From assembly GCA_016432445.1 (NCBI GenBank), contig CP066689.1, positions 930,001 to 962,000 on the forward strand: a DNA stretch of 32,000 nucleotides, read 5' to 3'. Source of the stretch: Candidatus Saccharimonadota bacterium. GTDB taxonomy: Bacteria; Patescibacteriota; Microgenomatia; UBA1406; GWC2-37-13. Every line of letters starts with the position of its first letter. Position 1 is the stretch's first letter. The notes beneath the pieces are model-generated. The model made no database searches, was not told where the DNA came from, and saw nothing but the letters and a program-made list of their open reading frames with translations. Position numbers and translations under genes: made by a program. Shown piece after piece: positions 24,202 to 31,015 of this stretch.

Positions 24202-25056
24202 CAACATTCAACCTCTGGAGTTGAAAGTATTGTTGTAACGGTCTAGATCTTAATTTTTACCACTTCTTCGCATGCTTAATGAATTCTAAAGTTTTTTGAT
24301 AGTCTGCGTTCATAAGTACAAATCTTTCATATCGATCTTTGTCTTTCTGAAAAAGGTCAAGGATAAATTCATCATTACTCAACCTTTTTTTATTGTTAGA
24401 TAAATATTCTTTAAAAGAAGATAAATGATAATTTTCTAAATCCTTAATATTTTCGATTACGCTTGATGAATAAGGATTAAGATGAATATAACGGGAGACG
24501 TGTTTTAGTTGTTCGTCATTTAATATCCTCACTGATTTAAATTTAGGCAAAAAAATCGGACCTCTTCTTTTATTCTTAATATTGTAATACCTCGTAAATG
24601 AATTGAGAACGTCGGAAATAAATCGAGGGATACCTTCATCCGTTTTTTGCCTTAACAAAAAATGGAAGTGTGTAGGCATTAAGCAAAAAGCCATGATTTC
24701 TACTTTAAAATATTTTTTAAATGAAACCTCATTCATGAGATTTTCAACTATTTTTTTATCAGTTATTTTTAATTTAGAAAAACTTATTGCTGCCTTTAAG
24801 GAACGGTAGTAAGCAAGAAGTTGCATAAAAATATTTGTATTGCTGTCTCTAATTTTAAATATTACTCTGTGATCAATTGTCCTGTTAAAAACGTGATAGA
24901 TTGAATTGTTTAGAAAAGGTTCAAGTCGTTGAGGCATGAGAAAAATTTACCTCAATCATAACCTTAGTTACAACGGATTATCGTCAACAAAAGTGAGGAA
25001 AAAATCATATCTAGACTGTCTTGACAACCTTTTCAACTCCAGGGGTTGACATATTG
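24202..25056 (-). mobile_element. IS200-like / RAYT-type element: a Y1 HUH transposase gene flanked by ~47-bp inverted REP-like repeats
   Basis: The left repeat (24202-24248) and the reverse complement of the right repeat (25009-25056) share TCAACC, CTGGAGTTGAAA, TTGT and a terminal GTCTAGAT. Each holds a TCAAC/GTTGA hairpin. Confidence 0.75.
24257..24937 (-). CDS. IS200-like HUH-Y1 transposase (REP-associated tyrosine transposase type)
   Basis: HUH motif in CLMPTHFHFLLRQ and the catalytic-Tyr helix in VSRYIHLNP. At 226 aa it has a C-terminal extension, typical of RAYT-like rather than minimal IS200 TnpA. Confidence 0.85.
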   Translation of the reverse strand: MPQRLEPFLNNSIYHVFNRTIDHRVIFKIRDSNTNIFMQLLAYYRSLKAAISFSKLKITDKKIVENLMNEVSFKKYFKVEIMAFCLMPTHFHFLLRQKTDEGIPRFISDVLNSFTRYYNIKNKRRGPIFLPKFKSVRILNDEQLKHVSRYIHLNPYSSSVIENIKDLENYHLSSFKEYLSNNKKRLSNDEFILDLFQKDKDRYERFVLMNADYQKTLEFIKHAKKW

Positions 25057-25066
25057 ACATAATGCT

Positions 25067-25423
25067 CTACGCAGATTTAATTATTTTATTTAAGTTAACT
25101 AAAATTGCTCCTTTAGTAAGGATACCTTTATTTTCACTTAATGACTTAGCTTTATCTAACCATTGACCTTCACTAAAATAAACAGCTTCACCTATTAATT
25201 TATATCCATTCATTTCTTTATCCCAAACAATTAATGCAACATTAGGATTAGTTTTTATATCCTTAACTGTTTGATTCATATAATTATCAGATATTAAAAG
25301 CTGATTGCCTTTAACAACTTTTACATACGCAATTCCAATCACATTAGGCTTACCATCAGGCATGATGGTTGCTAAAGCCAAAGGTTCACTCTCAATTAAT
25401 TTTTTAAGATCGTCATCTATCAT
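25067..25423 (-). CDS. pyridoxamine 5'-phosphate oxidase-like (split-barrel FMN-binding) protein
   Basis: LATIMPDGKPNVIGIAYVKVV...LLISDNYMNQTVKDIKTNPNVALIVWD matches the PNPOx-like family pattern. 118 aa. Confidence 0.7.
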   Translation of the reverse strand: MIDDDLKKLIESEPLALATIMPDGKPNVIGIAYVKVVKGNQLLISDNYMNQTVKDIKTNPNVALIVWDKEMNGYKLIGEAVYFSEGQWLDKAKSLSENKGILTKGAILVNLNKIIKSA

Positions 25424-25498
25424 AAAGTGATTATATAATTTTTTCTGTTAAGTCAACAAAAAAATGGTATAATATAAATTCTTCAATTTTTAAACCTT

Positions 25499-25729
25499 AT
25501 GGAAAAAAGACCAACTATACCTTTGTGTGATTTATATATCGCCCGCCCGGATATAATCAAACAAGAGGATGGACCACTAAAGGGCAAAGATTTTTGCCAA
25601 ATTCAAGCTGTCCGTCAAGGCGAGAAAAAATGTTTTCACGCCCAAAGAAGAGGTTCAGGAGGAATGACACCACCAAATTGCCATAGAGTTTTAAGATCAA
25701 GAAGAATACCGGCACCTTGGAATAAGTAA
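25499..25729 (+). CDS. doubtful small basic Cys-containing ORF (76 aa)
   Basis: An extended -10 (TGgTATAAT) lies about 30 nt upstream. No SD and no family recognised. Composition is atypical (more GC than its flanks). It could be non-coding. Confidence 0.25.
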   Translation: MEKRPTIPLCDLYIARPDIIKQEDGPLKGKDFCQIQAVRQGEKKCFHAQRRGSGGMTPPNCHRVLRSRRIPAPWNK

Positions 25730-25742
25730 ACTTAAATGTGAA

Positions 25743-25786
25743 ATAGACTGCTACACCAACTCTTTCAACTCCGAGGTTGATTTTAT
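25743..25786 (+). repeat. third REP-like copy (solo), same orientation as the right repeat of the RAYT element
   Basis: ATAGACTGCTACACCAACTCTTTCAACTCCGAGGTTGATTTTATG compared with CTAGACTGTCTTGACAACCTTTTCAACTCCAGGGGTTGACATATTG (25011-25056). Confidence 0.6.
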
Positions 25787-25795
25787 GTTATGTAA

Positions 25796-26899
25796 TTATT
25801 TACGAGATACTACGTTGGCCACGTGAAAACCGTTGTTTTCCAGTTCTTGCATAACTTCATCAGTCATCTCTCCATTGCCGATACCTATATCAAACCTAAC
25901 TGAACCATTAAGATCATCAATGTGCGACCAAATGGCATTCATATTAATTCCAGCTCCTGCAAGGATCCCTGTCATTCTATTTAATGACCCAACATTATTA
26001 TCTGCAGTTGTAATAGTAACCGAATGAACCTTTAGATTAGCCAAGTGTTCAAGAATAGAAATCGTATCTATATTCATAGCTAATCTTATTTCTCCAGTCG
26101 GATCAAGCTTTTCAACTGTCCGGTCAAAAGTTTTTTCCAGTTTTCCCGGTGGTAAATGACTTTCTCTTATTATCCTTTTCATGGCTCTTCCTAATTCTTT
26201 TACAATTTGTCTACTGTTTGGATTATCACCAAGATTCCTTATAATGGATGCAGAAATTACAGATGATTGTATTAGTGTTCGCCACAATGCTAAGTTGAAC
26301 ATACGCGAATTTGCGGTAGACATTGCTATTAAAAGTTCCATATTGACACCTATCTCAGCAAGTGCAAGCCCTATAGTGCGATTAATCAAATGAGGCTTAA
26401 ATTGAGTAAAATCAGCATCAGAATCATGCTCTTCAAAAGGCATGCGAATAATTACCATACCTGCTTTACCACAAACTTCTTCAGCTATTGAAGTTGCCCT
26501 TTGCCAGTTCTTACCATAGGGAAGTACAAGAGCATTTTGACCAGGTGGCGGTTGATCGTCTTTAAAAAGAAAATGAACAGAGGTAATACTATTATTGTCT
26601 CTATCAATCATTTTATAACCAGGAATTAGACTTTTTTTAGTTGTACAGTCATCCATAATATTTTGATCAGGACCAAACACATCAGCTGTAGCTTGAATCA
26701 TTTCTGCAGCAACCTCAACCGGCACTGAAAAAAACACAGTCTCACATTTTCGAATAGCTTCTCGAGGTGCAATCGTTCCTGTATTTTCTTTATCCGAAAT
26801 AACAACAGGATACCCTGCAGTCTCAAACATTCTTCTTGTAACTTGGCCCATCTTCCCCAATCCTCCGATTATGGCGACAGAGCGATCTCTTTCTGACAT
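25796..26899 (-). CDS. tyrA: prephenate/arogenate dehydrogenase with a C-terminal ACT-like domain
   Basis: Rossmann motif VAIIGGLGKMGQ, a PDH-like core (FFSVPVEV ... MPFEEHDSDADFTQFKPHL), and a C-terminal ACT-like segment (SVTITTADNVGSLNRMTGILAGAGINMNAI). Confidence 0.7.
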   Translation of the reverse strand: MSERDRSVAIIGGLGKMGQVTRRMFETAGYPVVISDKENTGTIAPREAIRKCETVFFSVPVEVAAEMIQATADVFGPDQNIMDDCTTKKSLIPGYKMIDRDNNSITSVHFLFKDDQPPPGQNALVLPYGKNWQRATSIAEEVCGKAGMVIIRMPFEEHDSDADFTQFKPHLINRTIGLALAEIGVNMELLIAMSTANSRMFNLALWRTLIQSSVISASIIRNLGDNPNSRQIVKELGRAMKRIIRESHLPPGKLEKTFDRTVEKLDPTGEIRLAMNIDTISILEHLANLKVHSVTITTADNNVGSLNRMTGILAGAGINMNAIWSHIDDLNGSVRFDIGIGNGEMTDEVMQELENNGFHVANVVSRK

Positions 26900-26952
26900 G
26901 TGGACTGGTATTATAACAAAAAAGATGGATTTAATCTACCGCTTAGTAATTG

Positions 26953-26981
26953 TTGTTAAACCTATAGTTATCTGATAGAAT
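26953..26981 (+). promoter_or_regulatory. sigma70-like promoter of GC-rich cassette 3
   Basis: TTGTTA (26953-26958), 17 nt, TAGAAT (26976-26981). Confidence 0.4.
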
Positions 26982-27042
26982 ATTTTACTGGAGATAAACA
27001 TAAGGTAAAAGCTGCCTTAAGGCTATTTCCAGTGATCTATTT

Positions 27043-27135
27043 GCACTTTGATAACTTGCGGCCCCGCTTAGCGGGGTTCAACGAGTGAGATTAATGTCGG
27101 ACAAATCTTTTGCCCTACCCTAGTCTCACTTGTTG
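27043..27135 (+). repeat. cassette 3 5' boundary: variant box with two local hairpins
   Basis: GCACTTTGATAAC (27043-27055). Hairpin CCCCGC-tta-GCGGGG (27062-27076) runs into GGGGTTCA. CAACGAGTGAGA (27079-27090) pairs with TCTCACTTGTTG (27124-27135); its single G-T position is only tolerated as G-U in a plus-strand RNA. Confidence 0.55.
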
Positions 27136-27165
27136 AGATAATAATGACGAAAGGAGGTAAATAAA

Positions 27166-27363
27166 ATGTGGAAGTGTACGAAGTGCGGACAAGAAGTCGA
27201 GGACCAAGGAAAACATCAGGTTAGGTTGGTTTGGTGTACTCGGTGTCACGATTATCATCAAGCCGACAAAATCGGCCCCAGTCACGCGTGCTACAGAGCA
27301 ATCTCTTGGGAAGAACACGGCGAAGACAAACTCTGCGAATCAGGCTCGTTCATCCACGTCTAA
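27166..27363 (+). CDS. small Zn-ribbon-like protein (GC-rich cassette 3)
   Basis: GAAAGGAGG lies 8 nt before the ATG. MWKCTKCGQ...WCTRCHDYH gives a CxxC...CxxC pattern. Confidence 0.5.
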   Translation: MWKCTKCGQEVEDQGKHQVRLVWCTRCHDYHQADKIGPSHACYRAISWEEHGEDKLCESGSFIHV

Positions 27364-27406
27364 GTAAGCTCGGCAAAGACAGATTAAACATAGAGGAAAA
27401 GAGGGG

Positions 27407-27778
27407 ATGTCTAAACCAACGATCAGTTTCAAACTATCTTGCCCCGACGGCTGCATAGTCATTCCTACAGGAACATCTTTAACTAAGGAGGAACAATGGG
27501 CTCTGGCTATTCTATACACCGCGGCAGCGCGAGCAAAAGAAGGCGGTTTGATTCCAATTGGACTCAGCCAGTTTTTGACACTGTCAAGTGAACCAGGAAC
27601 TCCGTGGACCAAAGTTCCCAACTGCCAAGAAAAAATAGCCGAAGCGATTTTCGGACTAGGCCAAAAACGCCTACTTAAGATTGTCGAAGGCGCCAAGGAT
27701 CTTTACATCGTTCCGCTCAGGACATTAGCCCATTTACTGAAAAAATGTACACTACAACCTCAACCAATTAACGTGTAA
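27407..27778 (+). CDS. hypothetical protein (GC-rich cassette 3)
   Basis: 123-aa ORF co-oriented with the Zn-ribbon ORF, with a GAGGA/GAGGGG purine run upstream. No family recognised. Confidence 0.45.
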   Translation: MSKPTISFKLSCPDGCIVIPTGTSLTKEEQWALAILYTAAARAKEGGLIPIGLSQFLTLSSEPGTPWTKVPNCQEKIAEAIFGLGQKRLLKIVEGAKDLYIVPLRTLAHLLKKCTLQPQPINV

Positions 27779-27855
27779 GGAAAGGAGTTGACCGCAAGAT
27801 CAAAGATAGGACACTGAAAAGTAAACTGAAGAAATATAGAAGCTACCAAGCCGTA

Positions 27856-27890
27856 GCTTTACCGCGACAACGTCGTCGCTTTCTTCTTTT
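27856..27890 (+). terminator. cassette 3 3' box plus intrinsic-terminator-like hairpin
   Basis: GCTTTACCGCGA (27856-27867) is identical to 13765-13776. It overlaps GCGAC-aacgtc-GTCGC, which is followed by TTTCTTCTTTT. Confidence 0.5.
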
Positions 27891-27923
27891 CACCCACTCA
27901 TTGTCCTATTTTTTTGGCCAAAA

Positions 27924-28724
27924 TTACCTGGGCACTTTTATAAGGGATTCTATAAATTGCTGAGTGCTTTTTGCTATTTCTTTTCTGTTAGATCGATTGA
28001 TGGCGTCAATTATCGCGCTCCCCACAATCACAATATCGACCTGCCTCTTAAGCAAATCAACATGCTCTTTTTTGGAAATTCCAAAACCAACCGCAACCGG
28101 GATCTTAAAGACTTCTTTTACTTTTTTAAGAAAAGCAACGACATTGGGATCAATCTTTTTTTGCGCTCCGGTTGTCCCCTGCCTTGCCATACAATAAACA
28201 AATCCTTTAGCTCCTTTTGCATTTTTTTTCAATCGCCCAATTGTGGAAACCGGCGAGATGACTCTTATGGCATATAAGTTATTTTTTTTACAAGCTGCAA
28301 AAAAATGCTCGCCGTGCTCTTCATCAATGGGCATATCAGGAATTATCAATCCCGAAACTCCGGCTTTTTTGGCATCTGTACAAAATCTTTTAACACCATA
28401 TTTAAAAACATTGTTGTAATAGGCCATAAAAAGTAAGGGTACCTCAACTTTTTTTTTAAGTTGAGCCGCTACCCGGAAAGCGTCTCTTACTCTAACCCCC
28501 TTCCTTAAGGCCTTCTCACAAGCTTTCATAATTGTCGGGCCATCGGCTAATGGATCAGAAAATGGAATCTGCAGTTCGATAAAGTCGGCACCGGCCCTCT
28601 CCATTGTCTCAACTAAACTAACGGTCTCAAATAAAGAAGGATAACCCACTACCACATGAGTCATTAAACCAATTCTTTTTTCCTTTTGTATTTTTCTTAG
28701 TCTTATATCAATACTGTTCATCAT
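27924..28724 (-). CDS. trpA: tryptophan synthase alpha chain
   Basis: ELQIPFSDPLADGPTI signature and GFGIS phosphate-binding loop. 266 aa. Confidence 0.95.
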   Translation of the reverse strand: MMNSIDIRLRKIQKEKRIGLMTHVVVGYPSLFETVSLVETMERAGADFIELQIPFSDPLADGPTIMKACEKALRKGVRVRDAFRVAAQLKKKVEVPLLFMAYYNNVFKYGVKRFCTDAKKAGVSGLIIPDMPIDEEHGEHFFAACKKNNLYAIRVISPVSTIGRLKKNAKGAKGFVYCMARQGTTGAQKKIDPNVVAFLKKVKEVFKIPVAVGFGISKKEHVDLLKRQVDIVIVGSAIIDAINRSNRKEIAKSTQQFIESLIKVPR

Positions 28725-28731
28725 TTTAAAA

Positions 28732-29946
28732 TTAAATTGATAACTGAGATTTTAAAAAATTAAAGAAATTTTTATCTTTAAAAGCTCGCGCTAAAATAAA
28801 AAGATCCTTATCTCCACGCCCTGAAATGTTAATAATGATCACTTTACTCTTGGAGAGTGTATGAGCAAGCTTAAGGGCGTAAGCTACCGCATGAGCTGAC
28901 TCAAGGGCTGGGATAATTCCTTCAGTTTTAGAAAGGACGCTTACCGCCTCAATCACTTCCTTATCGTTAACTGCTGCAAACTGCATTCTTTTTTTATCTC
29001 TAAGATAGACCAATTCCGGACCGATCCCGGCATAATCAAGACCAGCTGAGATACTATGAGTTTTTTGTATTTGGCCGTCATTATCCTGTAAGAAATATGA
29101 TTTAAAACCTTCAAGCACACCCACCGATCCGCCATTAAAACGCGAAGCATGCTGGCCGATTCTTTTTCCTTTTCCCCCTGCCTCTACTCCAATTAAATTG
29201 ACTAACTTTTCTTTTATAAACGGATAAAAAATTCCCATAGCATTACTTCCTCCTCCAACACATGCAATAATATAGTCAGGCATTTTCCCTTCAGCTTTTA
29301 TTATTTGTTTTTTAACTTCTTTTCCCACAACCGACTGGAAATCCCGGTTCATTATGGGATAAGGATGAGGACCCACAACTGATCCTAATACATAATGAGT
29401 TGAATCAACATTAGTTATCCAGTCTTTAATGGCGGCATTTACTGCGTCTTTTAAAGTCCTATTACCAAAAGCTACTGGCACTACTTTGGCACCTAACCTT
29501 TCCATTAAAAAAACATTTGGCCTTTGACGGTAAACATCAGTTTCTCCCATGTATACAGTGCAGGAAAAACCAAACTTAGCCGCAACCGTCGCTGTAGCCA
29601 CCCCATGCTGACCAGCGCCAGTTTCGGCAATTAACCGTTTTTTTCCTAACATGCGAGCAATCAGGGCTTGACCTATGCAGTGAGTTATCTTATGAGCGCC
29701 GGTATGATTTAACCCTTCATTTTTTAGGTAAATCTTTGCCCCTCCCAATTTTTCCGTCAGATTTTTAGCATAAGTTAACGGAGTCGGTCTGCCGGCAAAT
29801 GTTTGCAGGTAATAATGGACTTCTTTCTGAAAAGATTTATTTTTTTTAACTTTTTCATAAACCTTCTCTAACTCCTCCAAAGCCGGCATCAACATCTCCG
29901 GTACATACCTTCCACCATATTTTCCAAAATGTCCATGGTTTTTCAT
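28732..29946 (-). CDS. trpB: tryptophan synthase beta chain
   Basis: [10 protein letters not shown], the PLP-lysine motif LNHTGAHKI, and GGGSNAMG. 404 aa. Confidence 0.95.
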   Translation of the reverse strand: MKNHGHFGKYGGRYVPEMLMPALEELEKVYEKVKKNKSFQKEVHYYLQTFAGRPTPLTYAKNLTEKLGGAKIYLKNEGLNHTGAHKITHCIGQALIARMLGKKRLIAETGAGQHGVATATVAAKFGFSCTVYMGETDVYRQRPNVFLMERLGAKVVPVAFGNRTLKDAVNAAIKDWITNVDSTHYVLGSVVGPHPYPIMNRDFQSVVGKEVKKQIIKAEGKMPDYIIACVGGGSNAMGIFYPFIKEKLVNLIGVEAGGKGKRIGQHASRFNGGSVGVLEGFKSYFLQDNDGQIQKTHSISAGLDYAGIGPELVYLRDKKRMQFAAVNDKEVIEAVSVLSKTEGIIPALESAHAVAYALKLAHTLSKSKVIIINISGRGDKDLFILARAFKDKNFFNFLKSQLSI

Positions 29947-30188
29947 TACTTTTTTCCTCCTTTGAAAATATTAACGCACTTTGGAAAAGGTGTTGGTAAA
30001 ATAACATCCATTTCCACTTCTTCAATTATTCCATCAACTAAAGAAATTCTTGGCTGGCTTACTTTAGTTACATTTAAAAATGCAGTAACCATAGCTGCAT
30101 GATTTTTTAATAGTTGTTTTAGATCAACTTCAGGAAAAACAACATCTTCGATAGTTCCATCTATAAGTGATACTCTTTTTGTTTCCAT
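29946..30188 (-). CDS. small protein with an internal duplication, translationally coupled to trpB
   Basis: The stop overlaps the trpB start (TAATG). Two repeats: [19 protein letters not shown] and [18 protein letters not shown]. No family recognised. Confidence 0.5.
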   Translation of the reverse strand: METKRVSLIDGTIEDVVFPEVDLKQLLKNHAAMVTAFLNVTKVSQPRISLVDGIIEEVEMDVILPTPFPKCVNIFKGGKK

Positions 30189-30334
30189 ATTTTTTAAATT
30201 AAATTTATAATCTTATCCTCCTTCGCTCAGGCTCGCCTCGTGGTTTACATCCACGCAGTCGAAACTTCGCTTCGGTAGGATTTGCCTCTGTAATACTCAA
30301 CTGCACTTACGCTTGTTATCGTAAACAGAGGCAT

Positions 30335-30360
30335 AAAAAAACCCTCCTTTCGGAGGGTAG
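30335..30360 (-). terminator. rho-independent terminator (attenuator) in the trp leader
   Basis: On the minus strand: ACCCUCC-GAAA-GGAGGGU followed by UUUUUU. Confidence 0.7.
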
Positions 30361-30380
30361 CAACAGTCTAGCAATTCAAA

Positions 30381-30458
30381 TTAGTTACGCCAGCTGACAC
30401 CCTCCTTTAAAGAAGTTTGCCAATTGCGCCAATTTAATAAGTAAAAATAAATTTTCAT
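30381..30458 (-). CDS. candidate trp leader peptide (25 aa, 3 Trp codons)
   Basis: My minus-strand translation: ATG AAA ATT TAT TTT TAC TTA TTA AAT TGG CGC AAT TGG CAA ACT TCT TTA AAG GAG GGT GTC AGC TGG CGT AAC TAA = MKIYFYLLNWRNWQTSLKEGVSWRN. The ATG overlaps the yerC-like stop (ATGA). The ORF covers the segment that can pair with the 5' arm of the terminator. Confidence 0.5.
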   Translation of the reverse strand: MKIYFYLLNWRNWQTSLKEGVSWRN

Positions 30459-30718
30459 ATATTTTTAAATCTACCTTTTTTAATCTCGTTTGAACCTCTG
30501 GTTACAGTAGCTACACCTACTCCCAGTTTCTCGGCTATCTCATGCTGGGGAACGCCTTTTTTAAGCATTTTCACAATCTTCAATCTCCTGGAAAACTCTA
30601 TTAATTCTTTAGGAGTAAACAATCCATGAAAAAAATCAATCATCTCTCTTTCTGATTTAATCTTAAGAAAAATATCGATTAAATCTTTAAGTTTTCTATC
30701 AGAAACTTCATTAAACAT
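30455..30718 (-). CDS. YerC/YecD-type TrpR-like DNA-binding protein
   Basis: 87 aa. FFHGLFTPKELIEFSRRLKIVKMLKKGVPQHEIAEKLGVGVATVTRGS is the TrpR/YerC helix-turn-helix signature. Confidence 0.85.
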   Translation of the reverse strand: MFNEVSDRKLKDLIDIFLKIKSEREMIDFFHGLFTPKELIEFSRRLKIVKMLKKGVPQHEIAEKLGVGVATVTRGSNEIKKGRFKNI

Positions 30719-30761
30719 GATACTAGTATACTAGTAATGTAGTACATTTGTCAAATGTAAA

Positions 30762-30959
30762 TTATTTGGCAAGGCTGTTTATATCTATTGATGCAGGTAT
30801 AAGTGTAAATGGATTATACTGGGCAAAAAGAAAATAGGTCAGAAATCCTGTCAAAAGAACAATTATAGCAAGGCTAATATAAAAATATGTTTTGTAACTA
30901 GTATTAACCGCTCTTTTTACTTTAACTACTTTCTGTTTTTTTGTTTTAGTTTTTTTCAT
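30762..30959 (-). CDS. small basic single-TM protein
   Basis: Lys-rich N-terminus followed by one TM helix (YFYISLAIIVLLTGFLTYFLF). Confidence 0.45.
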   Translation of the reverse strand: MKKTKTKKQKVVKVKRAVNTSYKTYFYISLAIIVLLTGFLTYFLFAQYNPFTLIPASIDINSLAK

Positions 30960-31015
30960 TTTTCCTCCGGTATAAAATAATCATTGCATAAATTTTTTTA
31001 AATTTCAAGACATTT

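Noticed and set aside
23874-24224. ORFs 23874-24089 (minus strand) and 24021-24224 (plus strand) in cassette 2
   Set aside because: These are the same GC-driven artefact. They overlap the lipoprotein gene and the non-coding trailer.
27115-27696. ORFs 27115-27318 (minus strand), 27231-27458 (plus strand) and 27340-27696 (minus strand) in cassette 3
   Set aside because: They overlap the SD-preceded plus-strand ORFs and have no start signals. The calls for the two retained ORFs are themselves only moderate.
21147-29150. Nested or antisense small ORFs in the ATPase, RAYT, tyrA, trpA and trpB genes (for example 21147-21431, 21188-21475, 24603-24809, 25833-26027, 26181-26393, 27957-28277, 28953-29150)
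   Set aside because: They are all contained within longer ORFs that carry clear family motifs.
30189-30262. TRAP-type (G/U)AG repeat binding site (GAGgcGAGccuGAGcgaagGAG)
   Set aside because: Only about 4 triplets are present whereas TRAP needs many more, and the 80-aa downstream ORF shows no similarity to MtrB.
30189-30458. T-box riboswitch upstream of trpB
   Set aside because: AGGAGGGUGUCAGCUGGCG only loosely resembles the T-box consensus AGGGUGGNACCGCG. There is no room for a Stem I or specifier domain between the yerC stop and this sequence. The leader-peptide model explains the alternative pairing better.
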